A stretch of 64,000 nt of DNA from Candidatus Berkelbacteria bacterium (GCA_016187225.1 JACPKC010000006.1:89051-153050), one strand, 5' to 3'. Shown: positions 28,614-39,554, numbered from the stretch's first letter. Numbers and translations are program-made. The notes: generated from the sequence alone by a model not told the origin.

Positions 28614-29174
28614 TCAAACTTGAGCGGCCTCTCTTAAAGCCCAAGCGACTTGCTCTTCGAGCGACGTTTTTTCCTTAGGTAGTCTCTTCAAGATTTCCTG
28701 AATTTCTGCAGACGCATACCCAAGTGTGACAAGCGCATCGTAGAGCTCACTGCCGCCACCAGGAATGGTTATTTCTCTGCCTGCAACAATCTTGCCTTTG
28801 AGTTCAACGATAATTTTAGCCGCGCCCTTTTTACCGAGCCCTGGAATTGACTGAAAAAAACCAAGATTATCCCGTTCTACCGCCGCCGCGATCTCGTCAG
28901 GAGTCGCGGTCGAAAGAATCGTCAGACCGAGCTTCGGTCCAATACTCGGCACGGTGAGAAGAAGTTTAAAAAGTTCGAGTTCAGCAAGCGTTGCAAACCC
29001 AAACAACGCCAACTCGTCCTCGCGCACATGTTGATAGGTAAACAGAAACACCTGTTCCCCTATCTGTGGCACCGACCGCGCCGGTACCGCCACCAAGTAC
29101 CCAACCCCCGCCACCTCAATCACCACCCCAACTGGAAAGTGATGTGTCATCTCGCCACGCAATGTCCGGATCAT
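28614..29174 (-). CDS. ruvA: Holliday junction branch migration protein RuvA
   Basis: OB-fold plus HhH pairs and C-terminal domain. Canonical length. Confidence 0.9.
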   Translation of the reverse strand: MIRTLRGEMTHHFPVGVVIEVAGVGYLVAVPARSVPQIGEQVFLFTYQHVREDELALFGFATLAELELFKLLLTVPSIGPKLGLTILSTATPDEIAAAVERDNLGFFQSIPGLGKKGAAKIIVELKGKIVAGREITIPGGGSELYDALVTLGYASAEIQEILKRLPKEKTSLEEQVAWALREAAQV

Positions 29175-30250
29175 ACTTTACCTGTCGCAATTTCCCTAAA
29201 ACAAAGTTCATACTTACGCGCCATTGTTGCAGTCGAGAAATGCTCTTCTACATACGCACGACAGAACGTCCGAGATATTTTGGCCACATGACTCAAAAGC
29301 TGAGGAATCTCAGAGACATCATTATAAAGATAGCCGCTTTCCCCGTGAACGATCGTCTCAAGAAACGCACCCATTCGGGGGCCAATGACTGGCGTCCCTG
29401 CTGCCATCGCTTCAACAACTACCATGCCGAATGGCTCCAGACCATCAGATGGGAAAAGAAGTGCCTGCGCGTTTGCCATCAGGGTGATAGCGTCTTCCTG
29501 CGTGACACGCCCAAGATACTCTACATTCGGCAACGCTTTCAGGCGAGGCTCAATTTCCCTGGCGAAGTATGCTTCATGATTTGGCGAAGATGGACCCGCA
29601 ACTTTGAGTTGCATACCGACTGTCGAAACAGCGTCAAGAGCGTGGTGAAGGCCTTTCGAAGGAACAATGCGTCCGACCCAAGCAATGTACTCTTTTGGCT
29701 GTTTCACGAATGTAATTTCATGAACATTTACACCATTAGTCGCGACAAAGAGTGGTTCAAGCTCGTCACCAAGTGAACGGCAGTACGCTTGCATATCTTT
29801 GGAATTCGTTACGAAGTACACTTCTTCCCGACCATGAGCTTCACAAAGTTGTCGAGCCTGCTGGACACTTGTTCGGTCGTGCAAACTCATAACTAGGGGG
29901 ACACTTCTCTTTCCGGGATACTGAGCGATGGCCGGCAAGACAACACGTGGATCCCACCCAAGGACTACATCCAACTTCTCTCGTTCGACGTACGCAAGTG
30001 CACGCTCAAAAATAATGCTGTCAATTTGAAGCTTCTCCTCATTGGTAGCATCTGCCGACACCCCTGGCAGTGTCCCAAACGTCTCAACATGAAATTCTGG
30101 CTCGCGGTCAGTGATCCCAAGAAACCTCACATCGTGACCATTGCTTTGCAACCATTCAGCCAATTCATAACAGAGCTTCAGCGATGCATTGATTTTTCCA
30201 GGTGTATATGGTGCGTTCAACGTTGCTGAACCAAAAATGCCGATCTTCAT
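29171..30250 (-). CDS. glycosyltransferase family 4
   Basis: GT-B fold with EPFG/E-x7-E-type C-terminal motif. Confidence 0.85.
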   Translation of the reverse strand: MKIGIFGSATLNAPYTPGKINASLKLCYELAEWLQSNGHDVRFLGITDREPEFHVETFGTLPGVSADATNEEKLQIDSIIFERALAYVEREKLDVVLGWDPRVVLPAIAQYPGKRSVPLVMSLHDRTSVQQARQLCEAHGREEVYFVTNSKDMQAYCRSLGDELEPLFVATNGVNVHEITFVKQPKEYIAWVGRIVPSKGLHHALDAVSTVGMQLKVAGPSSPNHEAYFAREIEPRLKALPNVEYLGRVTQEDAITLMANAQALLFPSDGLEPFGMVVVEAMAAGTPVIGPRMGAFLETIVHGESGYLYNDVSEIPQLLSHVAKISRTFCRAYVEEHFSTATMARKYELCFREIATGKV

Positions 30251-30267
30251 ATACTTCCCTAACTGCG

Positions 30268-31416
30268 CTAAGCGACAAGTTTTACGAAGAGGCGCTCGTA
30301 ATCATCCAGCATGCGCGAGGCGCTGAAATAGTCTTCGACACGCTTTCGACAGGCTTGGCGCATTGCTTTGTAAGCATCATTCGAAAGCGCATAAATGCGT
30401 TCAACTGCCTCACAGAGACCAGCTTTTCCTGTGGCTTGAACTATCCAGTTCCCACGACGTCCCTCGAGTGAAGGATTCACAATAAATCCAGTAACTCCAT
30501 CTTCGATGACCTCGGGAATCGCACCTCGCGCATATGCTACCACGGGTGTCCCTGTTGCCATTGCCTCTATGAGTACCATACCGAAACCTTCTTCGAATTT
30601 CACCGGGTGGATGAGAAGTCGCGCCTGGTATGCTGTATATACCTCTGACTGACTCAATACTCCGACATATTCAACCATTGAATCTTTCAATAATATCTCT
30701 AACTGCTTCACATATGCCGCGTTACTGACTGATCGACTCAACTCTCCTATCAAGCGTATACGCTTTTTTACTTCTTGCGCTACTCTGATGGCAAGGTCGG
30801 GCTGTTTTTGTGTCCCGAGGCGACCAACGAATAAAATCTCATCACTTCCAATTGGCTGAAACGGCACTTGCTGAAGGTCAATGCCATGATAAATTCGATC
30901 TACAACTTGGAATGATGGTTGGAGCTCAGACCTCTGGTAGTCGGAAATAGCAACAAAAAGGCTACTCGCATGAAACCGCTTCAATCTTGCCTGCTGTATT
31001 GGCTCTTGGTGATCGGTGATAGGCTCTGAGCCGTGGTAGGTGTATACAAGGGGACACTGGGCAAAAGAAGAAAAGTACATAAGTCGAGCAGGGTCGTGAG
31101 CATGGATGATATCGTACTGTCCGCTTGCTTCGATAATTGCCGAGGCCATATAGAGCTCGTACTCAACCATGAGCCTCGTGTAATATGCTGGGTCATTGTT
31201 CAATTTCTCAGCATACTGGGCATAGATTGACCCTAGACCGAAGGATTTGAGCGTTGCATTTTGAAGCTGGGAGTCGCTGGCTGCGTACACATCGACCTCA
31301 TGCCCACGAGCAGCCAGCCCCTCAGCAATTGTACCCGCCAATGTCGTAGGCGCTGCAATCGCTTTTTCATTTGTGAATAAGTTTCTGCTCTCAAGCGGCA
31401 AAACTCCAATTCTCAT
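30268..31416 (-). CDS. glycosyltransferase family 4
   Basis: Start set at internal MRIGVLP. GAGGGG RBS and ATGA coupling with the upstream GT gene. Confidence 0.8.
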   Translation of the reverse strand: MRIGVLPLESRNLFTNEKAIAAPTTLAGTIAEGLAARGHEVDVYAASDSQLQNATLKSFGLGSIYAQYAEKLNNDPAYYTRLMVEYELYMASAIIEASGQYDIIHAHDPARLMYFSSFAQCPLVYTYHGSEPITDHQEPIQQARLKRFHASSLFVAISDYQRSELQPSFQVVDRIYHGIDLQQVPFQPIGSDEILFVGRLGTQKQPDLAIRVAQEVKKRIRLIGELSRSVSNAAYVKQLEILLKDSMVEYVGVLSQSEVYTAYQARLLIHPVKFEEGFGMVLIEAMATGTPVVAYARGAIPEVIEDGVTGFIVNPSLEGRRGNWIVQATGKAGLCEAVERIYALSNDAYKAMRQACRKRVEDYFSASRMLDDYERLFVKLVA

Positions 31417-32612
31417 ACGAACACCCCTCTTTGTATGACTTCCCGGTAGATAGCTTCGAATTGATCTGCCTGTCGACCTATTGAGAACCTCTGGAGAACT
31501 GATGTTCGCGCTGCTCTCCCCACGCCCTTTTGAGCAGGCAAGGTTTCGATAATTTTGCAAAGTATTCTGGCAAGACCTTCATGATCATCACTGTCAACAA
31601 GGTATCCAGTTTTACCATGCGTGATTATTTCTTTTGGTCCACCTGAATTCCCAGCAAACACAATTTTCTCCATACTCATTGCCTCCACATGTGCGATTCC
31701 GAAACTTTCGCGAAACGAAGGGAGACAAGAAATCTGTGCAAGTTGCAGTAATTGTGGCACGAATTCATGAGCGACCTGCTCTATAAAGAGTACATGATTC
31801 TTTAGTCCAAGCGAAACGATTTCGTGCCGGAAATCAGCCAGGGTTTTTTCTAGCTGTTCACTCGGCACATCTTGCCTGTTCACCGGCGCGAGCAACATGA
31901 TGGTGGGATATTGCTCAACAATTGCAGGCAAAGCTCGAAGAACGGTGCGAAAACGTTTCTGTTCTTGGTATTTCCCGGTTGACATGCTGGCCAACCTGCC
32001 AGGAAACAACACGGACAGCCTACCACCTAATTGCTCTTTAAGAGAACGAATTAAAGGATGCTGAATTTGCACTCTTGGATGGAATGCATCTGGGTCCACG
32101 GCATTGTAAATGACTTGAACTGTGGCCTGGTTGGCTCCTTGTCGAAGATATGCATCCTTACCATACTGGCTCACCGTAACAATTTTTCCCCAACGCAATT
32201 GAGCAATTTTCTGGGTTTTTTCAGGTTCACGAGCCTGCGCATCGTGTGCATGAAGTATGAAAGGAATCTGGAACTTCTGACTAAGTCGAAAGGCGACAAG
32301 CGACCGATCTATATCAAAAGGTAATGCCATGTTATGCCCGTGTAGGGCATCAGGAGCCGACTGCTCCAGTATAGCCTCCATATCTCTTTCAAAGAGCTTC
32401 CGGGATTCAATTGAAATCTGCTTAGGATGGAAGCTCGGTAAACATACTACGGTGACACCATTCAATTGGTGATTATGACGCGCCGTTTCGCTACCGGTGA
32501 CGACAGTCATTTGGTGGCCTCTGCGCGCCATTTCTTCCGCTAGCTGCTGAGCGACCAATTCGGCTCCACCAACGACCGGAGAATAATAACGGGAGAGAAC
32601 AAGAATCTTCAT
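31413..32612 (-). CDS. glycosyltransferase family 4
   Basis: GT-B fold and GT4 signature. Confidence 0.85.
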   Translation of the reverse strand: MKILVLSRYYSPVVGGAELVAQQLAEEMARRGHQMTVVTGSETARHNHQLNGVTVVCLPSFHPKQISIESRKLFERDMEAILEQSAPDALHGHNMALPFDIDRSLVAFRLSQKFQIPFILHAHDAQAREPEKTQKIAQLRWGKIVTVSQYGKDAYLRQGANQATVQVIYNAVDPDAFHPRVQIQHPLIRSLKEQLGGRLSVLFPGRLASMSTGKYQEQKRFRTVLRALPAIVEQYPTIMLLAPVNRQDVPSEQLEKTLADFRHEIVSLGLKNHVLFIEQVAHEFVPQLLQLAQISCLPSFRESFGIAHVEAMSMEKIVFAGNSGGPKEIITHGKTGYLVDSDDHEGLARILCKIIETLPAQKGVGRAARTSVLQRFSIGRQADQFEAIYREVIQRGVFV

Positions 32613-32622
32613 AATAGCCAGT

Positions 32623-33894
32623 CTATATGTAGTCGAGCCCTTTTTTCTTTATCTCAAGTGTCTCAAACTCAACATTGATCGGTAGCTTTCTTCGCTTCCG
32701 GTGCTCAATCCCTAGTTGCACAGTCTGTTCATAATAATCGTGAAAACGGTCTGTGATTTTTTTCCAATCAAACCTGTCTTCAACAAGCTCACGCGCGGCC
32801 TTACCCAGGCGCTCTTCTACTTCTGGGTGTTCTAAAATGTAGTTTACTCGTTCGGCAATTGCTTTTGCGCTTCTCGCTCGGACTAAGTACCCAGTGACAT
32901 CGTTCTTCACTGCTAACGGAATGCCGCCTTTCCTACTTGCAACGACAGGGGTGTACGACGCCATTGCTTCAAGCGCGACCAAACCCAGCGCCTCATCAAC
33001 AACGGAGGGGAAAACAAACACGCTTGCTCTCCGATAGAATTCCCTGAGCTCGTTCAGATACTCTTTGCCAAAATATCCAAGGAAATGTACGTTATCCGCA
33101 CCGAGATCCTGGGCCAATTTTTCAAGATCTTTTCTACCTTCCCCGCTCCCTAAAATAAAAATTTCTGCTTTGATGTTTGGCGCAGCTTTAATGAGGTAGT
33201 TTACACCCTTGTGTTCACTGAGTTTTCCAACGAAAATCACAATTTTTTTATTACCGAGATGGTATTTTCCGTTGATAATCTTTATGGGGAGTTCTTTCGG
33301 ATACGTTTGAAGGTCAATCCCTCCAGTAATAACTTTTGTTTTATGCGCTATCCCCGCCTTCCCGAACGTTTTAAGAAACCATTTCTTTGTATGCCCAGAA
33401 ACTGTGTTGATGATCGTGGCGTGCTTCAACGCTGATCTTGTTAAGGGTATCCATCGCTTATCTTCGGCAGCGGTAATTAATGACGTCCCATGAATGGTGA
33501 CCAGGTATTTTATGCCGTAGATCGCATTGATGTATTGGGCGATCCAGGTGAAATAAGAAGCATGATTCACATGGATAACATCTGGCTTAAACTCATTCAC
33601 CACCTGTAGGATTTGCCTGAAAGCTGAAGAGTATAATTGAACAATCTCAGCATTTGTGAGATCTGAAAATCGCTTCGCATCGGGCCAATCAGGATGCGAT
33701 GTTGCAACGACTCTTATTGGAAGATTAAGCGCATACAGCTTGACCCCACGCAACGTATGGTTTGCCTCATTGGGGCAAAGAAGAGCAACACTATCATCAG
33801 AGAATCGTGCCGCAACATGCTCAGACAGCTTGCGCACGTAGGTCCCACTACCACTCCCAAATAAAGGGTACTGTAATAGGAATAAGATGCGCAT
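32623..33894 (-). CDS. glycosyltransferase family 4
   Basis: GT-B fold and GT4 signature. Confidence 0.85.
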   Translation of the reverse strand: MRILFLLQYPLFGSGSGTYVRKLSEHVAARFSDDSVALLCPNEANHTLRGVKLYALNLPIRVVATSHPDWPDAKRFSDLTNAEIVQLYSSAFRQILQVVNEFKPDVIHVNHASYFTWIAQYINAIYGIKYLVTIHGTSLITAAEDKRWIPLTRSALKHATIINTVSGHTKKWFLKTFGKAGIAHKTKVITGGIDLQTYPKELPIKIINGKYHLGNKKIVIFVGKLSEHKGVNYLIKAAPNIKAEIFILGSGEGRKDLEKLAQDLGADNVHFLGYFGKEYLNELREFYRRASVFVFPSVVDEALGLVALEAMASYTPVVASRKGGIPLAVKNDVTGYLVRARSAKAIAERVNYILEHPEVEERLGKAARELVEDRFDWKKITDRFHDYYEQTVQLGIEHRKRRKLPINVEFETLEIKKKGLDYI

Positions 33895-33954
33895 CTGAAG
33901 GCCTCACTTTCTCTGATAATCAGAATCAGAATGTTTAGTATAGCAGTGGAACTA

Positions 33955-34938
33955 CTAATTACTATCCTTGAGATACTTTGCCGCGTCTTCGGGGCTCATC
34001 ACATCGATAATCATGCCACTGCCGATCTCAAAGCCGCCATAGGTTGAAAGACGAGGAGTGATTTCAACGTGCCAATGGTAATGGTCAGCGCTTTCAACGC
34101 TGGCGGGCAAGGTATGAATAGCATAGTTAAGCGGCGGATCGTCAAGCGTCTGATCAAGAGCGCCGAGCGTTTGACGCATCGCCTCTCCGAAGGCGGCCAA
34201 TTTCCCCCCGTCGATACCCTCAAAACGGGAAGAGTGGCCTTTGGGTAGGAGCCAAATCTCAAATGGGAAACGAGCGGCATAGAATGTAAAAGCGATAAAC
34301 GTCTCGCTCTCAAAAACAATCCTTTTAGACAATTCGCGTTCGTGAGTAATTAAATCACAAAAAACACAGGCGCCATTTTTTTCGAAGTACTGTTTGGCGC
34401 CATGAAGTTCATGGCCAATTGTGTTCGGCACAACATTTGAAGCAAAAATCTGCGCATGAGGATGCAAAATTGACGCCCCAGCTTCATTGCGATGATTATA
34501 AATCGGCATCACGCTGACGACGTTGCAAGTCGTATAAAAATACTCGACTCGCTTCTGAATCATTGTATTCAGATCATGCCAGACCTCTGGAGTAAATTCC
34601 GGCAAGTTTATTGCATGCTCCTTAATGATCACGACATCGTGACCACCTGTGCTCGGCCGAACCGTATAAAATCCATTCTCTATCTGCGCCGAACGCGAAC
34701 TGCACCGCTTTGAATCCTCAAGAAATGCCGGGTATTTGTTGGGAATAACATACACGCGTTCAGTCTCAAAACTTGGCAGGCGCTCGAGATACGCCGAGCC
34801 ATGAATACAAAAATTACACTCCGCGGCGGCGTCAGTGCGCACCGCTCGCTTGACAATATAATCTGTTGGGCGTTTGGCGCGCTCGGGTGCGATCACCACC
34901 CACTCGCCAGTGACAATGTTTTGACGCAGTTGTGGCAT
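33955..34938 (-). CDS. galT: galactose-1-phosphate uridylyltransferase (HIT-like)
   Basis: HPHAQI catalytic histidine motif and CxxC...H zinc site. Confidence 0.85.
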   Translation of the reverse strand: MPQLRQNIVTGEWVVIAPERAKRPTDYIVKRAVRTDAAAECNFCIHGSAYLERLPSFETERVYVIPNKYPAFLEDSKRCSSRSAQIENGFYTVRPSTGGHDVVIIKEHAINLPEFTPEVWHDLNTMIQKRVEYFYTTCNVVSVMPIYNHRNEAGASILHPHAQIFASNVVPNTIGHELHGAKQYFEKNGACVFCDLITHERELSKRIVFESETFIAFTFYAARFPFEIWLLPKGHSSRFEGIDGGKLAAFGEAMRQTLGALDQTLDDPPLNYAIHTLPASVESADHYHWHVEITPRLSTYGGFEIGSGMIIDVMSPEDAAKYLKDSN

Positions 34939-35439
34939 CTAAACTCCAACTAAATTTTGCAGACTAATAGTAGTTCGGCTGGTGACATGAGTAACGGCCA
35001 CCGCCACCGCGTCGGCGGCATCATCTTGATTAGGGATAGCCGCCCCTTGGACATGATGAAGCAACATACGTCCGACTTGTTGTTTAGTGGCCTTGCCATA
35101 ACCAGTAACGGCTAATTTAACTTGAAGCGGGGTGTACTCGTAGATTGGCAGATTATATTCCGCAGCCGCCAGTAAAACAATCCCGCGCGCCTCGCTCACC
35201 TTAAGCGCTGTGGTTACGTTGCGGCTAAAAAAGAGTCGCTCAACGGCCATTTCACGCGGCTTGAAACGTTTAATTAGGGTGCGAATTTCTCGACAAAGTT
35301 CAGCTAAACGATAGGCCGTGGCAAGCCCAAGCGTTGTTGTGATCGTACCTGCGGCCTCAAGTATAGCCTGGTGGCCACTTGGCTCAACCACACTCCAACC
35401 AGTCGTTCCAATCCCTGGATCAATACCAAGAATCCGCAT
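34939..35439 (-). CDS. ruvC: crossover junction endodeoxyribonuclease RuvC
   Basis: Canonical MRILGIDPG start, set at the internal Met. Confidence 0.85.
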   Translation of the reverse strand: MRILGIDPGIGTTGWSVVEPSGHQAILEAAGTITTTLGLATAYRLAELCREIRTLIKRFKPREMAVERLFFSRNVTTALKVSEARGIVLLAAAEYNLPIYEYTPLQVKLAVTGYGKATKQQVGRMLLHHVQGAAIPNQDDAADAVAVAVTHVTSRTTISLQNLVGV

Positions 35440-35440
35440 G

Positions 35441-36364
35441 TCAGCTTTTTCGATTCTTATACCAATCGACTGTGCGTTGAACGCCTTCTTTAAGTTCAAT
35501 CATCGGTTCCCAATCAAGTTCAGTTTTAGCGCGTGCGCAGTCAAGCGCCGAGCGCTTTTGTTCACCCGGACGCGCTGGTCCAAACTGTGCTTCTTGAATA
35601 AGATCAGTCGCTTTTTGAAGAAAAGCATAAATTTCTTTGACGTTTGTCTCCTGGCCAGTGCCGATGTTATAGGCGCCATTGCCCTTATCGAGAGCCGCCA
35701 CATGCGCGCGCGCCACATCCTCAACAAAAACATAGTCACGCGTTTGCAAACCGTCACCATAGATCGTGGCCGCTTGCCCAGTCATCATTCGCTCGAGAAA
35801 AACCGCGATCACACCGGTTTCGCCTTTAGGATTTTGCCGTGGGCCGTAAACATTGGAATACCGAAGCGCTACCCAGTTAATTTCGGGGTACTCGGTATGG
35901 TAAAAGTGCAAGTACTGTTCGGCTGTCAATTTAGTCACGCCGTAAGGCGAAACTGGCAAAGTCGGATGGGTTTCGGGTGTCGGCACCTGATCGGTGTCGC
36001 CGTAGAGCGCGCCGCCGGTTGAGGCAATAATTACGCGCTTAACCGATCTACGAGCGGCTTCCATTAAATTAAGAAAGCCCAAGATATTGACCGTGGCGTT
36101 GAACTGCGGCTTCTTCACTGATTCAGGCACTGAAAGATGAGCCGCTTGATGATTGATGAGTTCGGGCTCGAATTCTCGCACGGCGCGCTCTACGGCCGAT
36201 TGATCGGTTAAATCAACTTCATAAAGTTTGGCGTCCGGGTGCACATTTTCACGCAATCCTGTTGAGAAATTATCGAGAATGGCAAGCTCATGCCCTAACG
36301 ATCGATATGCTTCAACGATATGCGACCCAATAAAACCCGCTCCACCCGACACGAGAATTCTCAT
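35441..36364 (-). CDS. NAD-dependent epimerase/dehydratase (GalE-like)
   Basis: GGAGFIGSH Rossmann motif plus YxxxK. Confidence 0.85.
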   Translation of the reverse strand: MRILVSGGAGFIGSHIVEAYRSLGHELAILDNFSTGLRENVHPDAKLYEVDLTDQSAVERAVREFEPELINHQAAHLSVPESVKKPQFNATVNILGFLNLMEAARRSVKRVIIASTGGALYGDTDQVPTPETHPTLPVSPYGVTKLTAEQYLHFYHTEYPEINWVALRYSNVYGPRQNPKGETGVIAVFLERMMTGQAATIYGDGLQTRDYVFVEDVARAHVAALDKGNGAYNIGTGQETNVKEIYAFLQKATDLIQEAQFGPARPGEQKRSALDCARAKTELDWEPMIELKEGVQRTVDWYKNRKS

Positions 36365-36393
36365 ATTCCTCCTTTATTCAGTGCCCCACGCTC

Positions 36394-37092
36394 TCATAAA
36401 GTGGCGTTCGTTTCAACTGAATCTATATCTTCCAGATCATCGATCTGTTCAAGAAGTGTCAGGAGCTTGTCGCGTGTTGGCTCATCAATCTCGATTGTCA
36501 TTTTAGGCACAAAGGCGAATCTAGTTTCCAACGGCACGATGGTCTGCAACTTAAGCATTTGGGTGACCGACTCTAAATTTTGAGGCGTTGTATAACCAAT
36601 CACCCGTTCATCTTCAATCAAAACGTCATCAACTCCGGCCTCAATAAGCGCAAGCTGGGTTGCGTCGGGATCTTCTCCCCGCGCGACTTCAACGATCCCA
36701 CGATAATCAAACAGATGTCGCACCCCTCCAGCTTGGGCAAGATTGACTCCATATTTATTAAATATCGCCCGAAGCGCTCCAAGAGTGCGCCTGCAATTAT
36801 CTGTTAAAACAGTGATCAGTAGCGCCGTTCCACCTGGCGCGTACGCCTCATAGAGCGCTTCTCCAATTTGATTTTCGCCCGCCACGTTTCCGACGCCGCG
36901 TTGAATCGCTCGCTCGATATTTTCCCTAGGCATATTGGCGGCGCGCGCGGTGTTAATGGCGATTTCAAGATTTCTGTCTAAACGCGCGGCCACGGTAATT
37001 TGTTTTGCGAGTTTGCCAAAGAGAACGCCTCGTTTGACATCAGTCGCTCCCTTCTTGCGTTTAATCTGCGCCCACTTGGAGTGACCAGACAT
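36394..37092 (-). CDS. yebC: YebC/PmpR family transcriptional regulator
   Basis: MSGHSKWAQIKRKK start. Confidence 0.85.
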   Translation of the reverse strand: MSGHSKWAQIKRKKGATDVKRGVLFGKLAKQITVAARLDRNLEIAINTARAANMPRENIERAIQRGVGNVAGENQIGEALYEAYAPGGTALLITVLTDNCRRTLGALRAIFNKYGVNLAQAGGVRHLFDYRGIVEVARGEDPDATQLALIEAGVDDVLIEDERVIGYTTPQNLESVTQMLKLQTIVPLETRFAFVPKMTIEIDEPTRDKLLTLLEQIDDLEDIDSVETNATL

Positions 37093-37149
37093 AACTGAAG
37101 GGTAATTGGTTACGTGTGAAGAGTAAAGAGCCAATAACTATGAAAAATT

Positions 37150-38034
37150 TTATTTTTCACTGCTTGCGTGGAACGATAGACCATCACTCACAAATGTTAA
37201 AGTCCCCTGTAAATCGGTGCGATAGGTCTCAATGCCATGCTCCGCCAAGCGTTCAAGCGCTTGAGCGTGCGGGTGGCCATAACGATTCTCGGCGCCAGCT
37301 GAAATTGCCCCATATTTTGGATGCACGGCCTCAAGAAACGCATCCGTACTGCCATGTTCAGAGCCATGATGGCTAACCTTTAAGAGCGTTGCCCCTAAAC
37401 TCGCCGAATCTCTGGCTACAAGCGCCGCTTCCTGTTTTTCATCCAAATCGCCCGTAAAAAGTGCGCTCGTTAAGCCATAGGTGAGCTTAACAACTAGCGT
37501 GGCGTCATGATTCTCGTCCGGCCGACGACCGGTAAAATCCTCGAAAGGATGGAGAACTATGAGGCGAGTCGTTCCAATTAAGCGTTCAACGCCTGCTTTA
37601 ACAATTTGAACCTTCGCACCCGAAGATTGCACTGCTCGCAACCAGGCCTGAAAAGTTTGCGTGGTGTGGATCGCACCCGAAAGCCAGACCTCATCAACCT
37701 GGATACGTTCAAATAGCCCTGGAAAACCGCCAATATGATCGGCATCGTTATGCGTTGCAACGACTAGAGTTAAGCGTTTTGCAGGCAAAAAGCGTAAAAT
37801 CACCGGCACGGCTTCAGCGCCGGGTCCGGCATCAATTAAAATCTGATCTCGCTCTGGGGTTGTGACGAGAATCGCATCCCCCTGACCAATATCCAAAACA
37901 CGGACTATGAGTTGACCGCTGGCTTCGATTGGCTGGCGGAGAAGTTGGACAACAAAACCAACCACAATCAGCGCGGTCAAGAAAAAAAGATTAAAGCGAG
38001 TGGCGCGAACGCGCCTAGCGTTCATCACCCACAA
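37150..38034 (-). CDS. ComEC C-terminal metallo-beta-lactamase domain protein with its own N-terminal TM helix
   Basis: MBL motifs (HNDADHIGG). Overlaps the upstream ComEC membrane-domain ORF by 20 bp in a different frame. Confidence 0.8.
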   Translation of the reverse strand: MWVMNARRVRATRFNLFFLTALIVVGFVVQLLRQPIEASGQLIVRVLDIGQGDAILVTTPERDQILIDAGPGAEAVPVILRFLPAKRLTLVVATHNDADHIGGFPGLFERIQVDEVWLSGAIHTTQTFQAWLRAVQSSGAKVQIVKAGVERLIGTTRLIVLHPFEDFTGRRPDENHDATLVVKLTYGLTSALFTGDLDEKQEAALVARDSASLGATLLKVSHHGSEHGSTDAFLEAVHPKYGAISAGAENRYGHPHAQALERLAEHGIETYRTDLQGTLTFVSDGLSFHASSEK

Positions 38035-39364
38035 CCTCCTGGAAATTTAATCTAATTCTAATGACCGACATAATTCCAATCATTCCCAGTAAAATTATGA
38101 GCAAGATCGACTTTGCCGAAGCCGAGATTAAATCAGCGCTCGCCCAAGTTTGCGCGCTGAAAAATGAGACGACTGTGAGAATAACTGTGCTGATGCCATT
38201 AGTTACCCAAGGAATAATTGGCAACCAGCCCAAAATTAGCGCCAGGAAGCCAAGGCCCATAAGCGCCGGCACAAAAGGTAAAACAAGGACATTCGCTAAC
38301 GGCGCGACAATGCTGACTTCATTAAAGTAATAGAGAATAATTGGCAGAGTTGCCAGTTCAGCCGCCAGGGTGGGCGCAAGATACTCCCGACCGGACCAGG
38401 CAGGTAGCCATTTCAAAAAAACTGGCGTGAAGATGAATAGACCCGCAACAGCAGCAAAAGATAACTGGAATGAGATATCAAAGCGCGGCGCCCATGGGTT
38501 AATAAGGGCAAGCAAACCAGCAACACTCAAAAGTGTGGTCGGAAGATGGACTTGACGACCCATCAAGAGCGCAAGAACCGTGAAAGCATAAAAGATACCG
38601 GCACGGACCACTGACGCGTCGAGCCCCGCAAGAATCATGAAGATAACCACTAATGCAAGACTTACATACAAACTCAAGCGGCGGCCGAACGGCAGAAGCA
38701 AAAATTGAACCGCTAGCGCTAGCACTAAAACATTTGAACCGCTCGCAACTAAAATATGGGTTAGTCCGGTGCGCTGAAACGCCTCTTTGAGATTCGCCGC
38801 GAGTTCTGTTCTGGCGCCTAAGAGAATCCCAGCAATGAGCGTATCATTCGGGGGCTCAAGCGTTTGAGAGAGATGCTTTAAGAGCCACGCGCGCAGACGA
38901 AAAATTTTATCAATAATTGGATTACCCAAGTTCTGGCCAGTTTTTTCAATCGTTTCGTTTTCTAAAACACCAACAGCGCCATGCGCTAGGAGAAAACCAC
39001 GTTCGTTAAACTCTCGATTCCATTCGGGTGGGCGCAAGGCGCCGGTAATTAACAGCTCATCTCCATAATGCACTTCTGTCTCCAGTGATGGCGCAAACAC
39101 GAGTCGGACGCGAAGCCCCGAATCTAATTCACCATAAGCGGCGAACTGTCGCCCGGCTGGCCCCGGCTCCGACTGGATAATAATTCGCCCAATATATTCA
39201 GATTCTTCAAGAATGATCGGGAGCGCGGCCTGACGCCAAAGAGTGAAGCCGATTCCAAGTAAAAGAATTAAAATTGCCAACGGTACCTGCACCCAAGAAT
39301 AGGCGTTGTGCAAAGCTAAAGCCGACGCCAAAAGCGCCGCAATCGCACCGAGAACAGCGATCAA
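38015..39364 (-). CDS. comEC: ComEC/Rec2 competence channel membrane domain (DUF4131 plus competence domain)
   Basis: Multi-TM protein with ComEC-type topology. Lacks its own MBL domain. Confidence 0.8.
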   Translation of the reverse strand: MIAVLGAIAALLASALALHNAYSWVQVPLAILILLLGIGFTLWRQAALPIILEESEYIGRIIIQSEPGPAGRQFAAYGELDSGLRVRLVFAPSLETEVHYGDELLITGALRPPEWNREFNERGFLLAHGAVGVLENETIEKTGQNLGNPIIDKIFRLRAWLLKHLSQTLEPPNDTLIAGILLGARTELAANLKEAFQRTGLTHILVASGSNVLVLALAVQFLLLPFGRRLSLYVSLALVVIFMILAGLDASVVRAGIFYAFTVLALLMGRQVHLPTTLLSVAGLLALINPWAPRFDISFQLSFAAVAGLFIFTPVFLKWLPAWSGREYLAPTLAAELATLPIILYYFNEVSIVAPLANVLVLPFVPALMGLGFLALILGWLPIIPWVTNGISTVILTVVSFFSAQTWASADLISASAKSILLIILLGMIGIMSVIRIRLNFQEVVGDER

Positions 39365-39491
39365 CGGCAGATGTTTTTGAGCTAAAAATGTGCCCGCGAA
39401 AAGACCCGCGAGTAAACACGCGCTCGTTATGAGTAATGGATAGGATTTAAAATTTATTTGATTCCTTCATAATTTCAAATTCAGAGTTGAA

Positions 39492-39521
39492 CTTGACCCT
39501 CCGGCTAAAACTAGTGTAACA
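39492..39521 (+). promoter_or_regulatory. sigma70-like promoter TTGACC-N18-TAACAT (TG-extended) upstream of grpE
   Basis: Sequence read directly, about 35 nt before the grpE ATG. No CIRCE element seen. Confidence 0.35.
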
Positions 39522-39554
39522 TCGAATGTTTTATAGGCGAGAGGGAGGCTAAGA

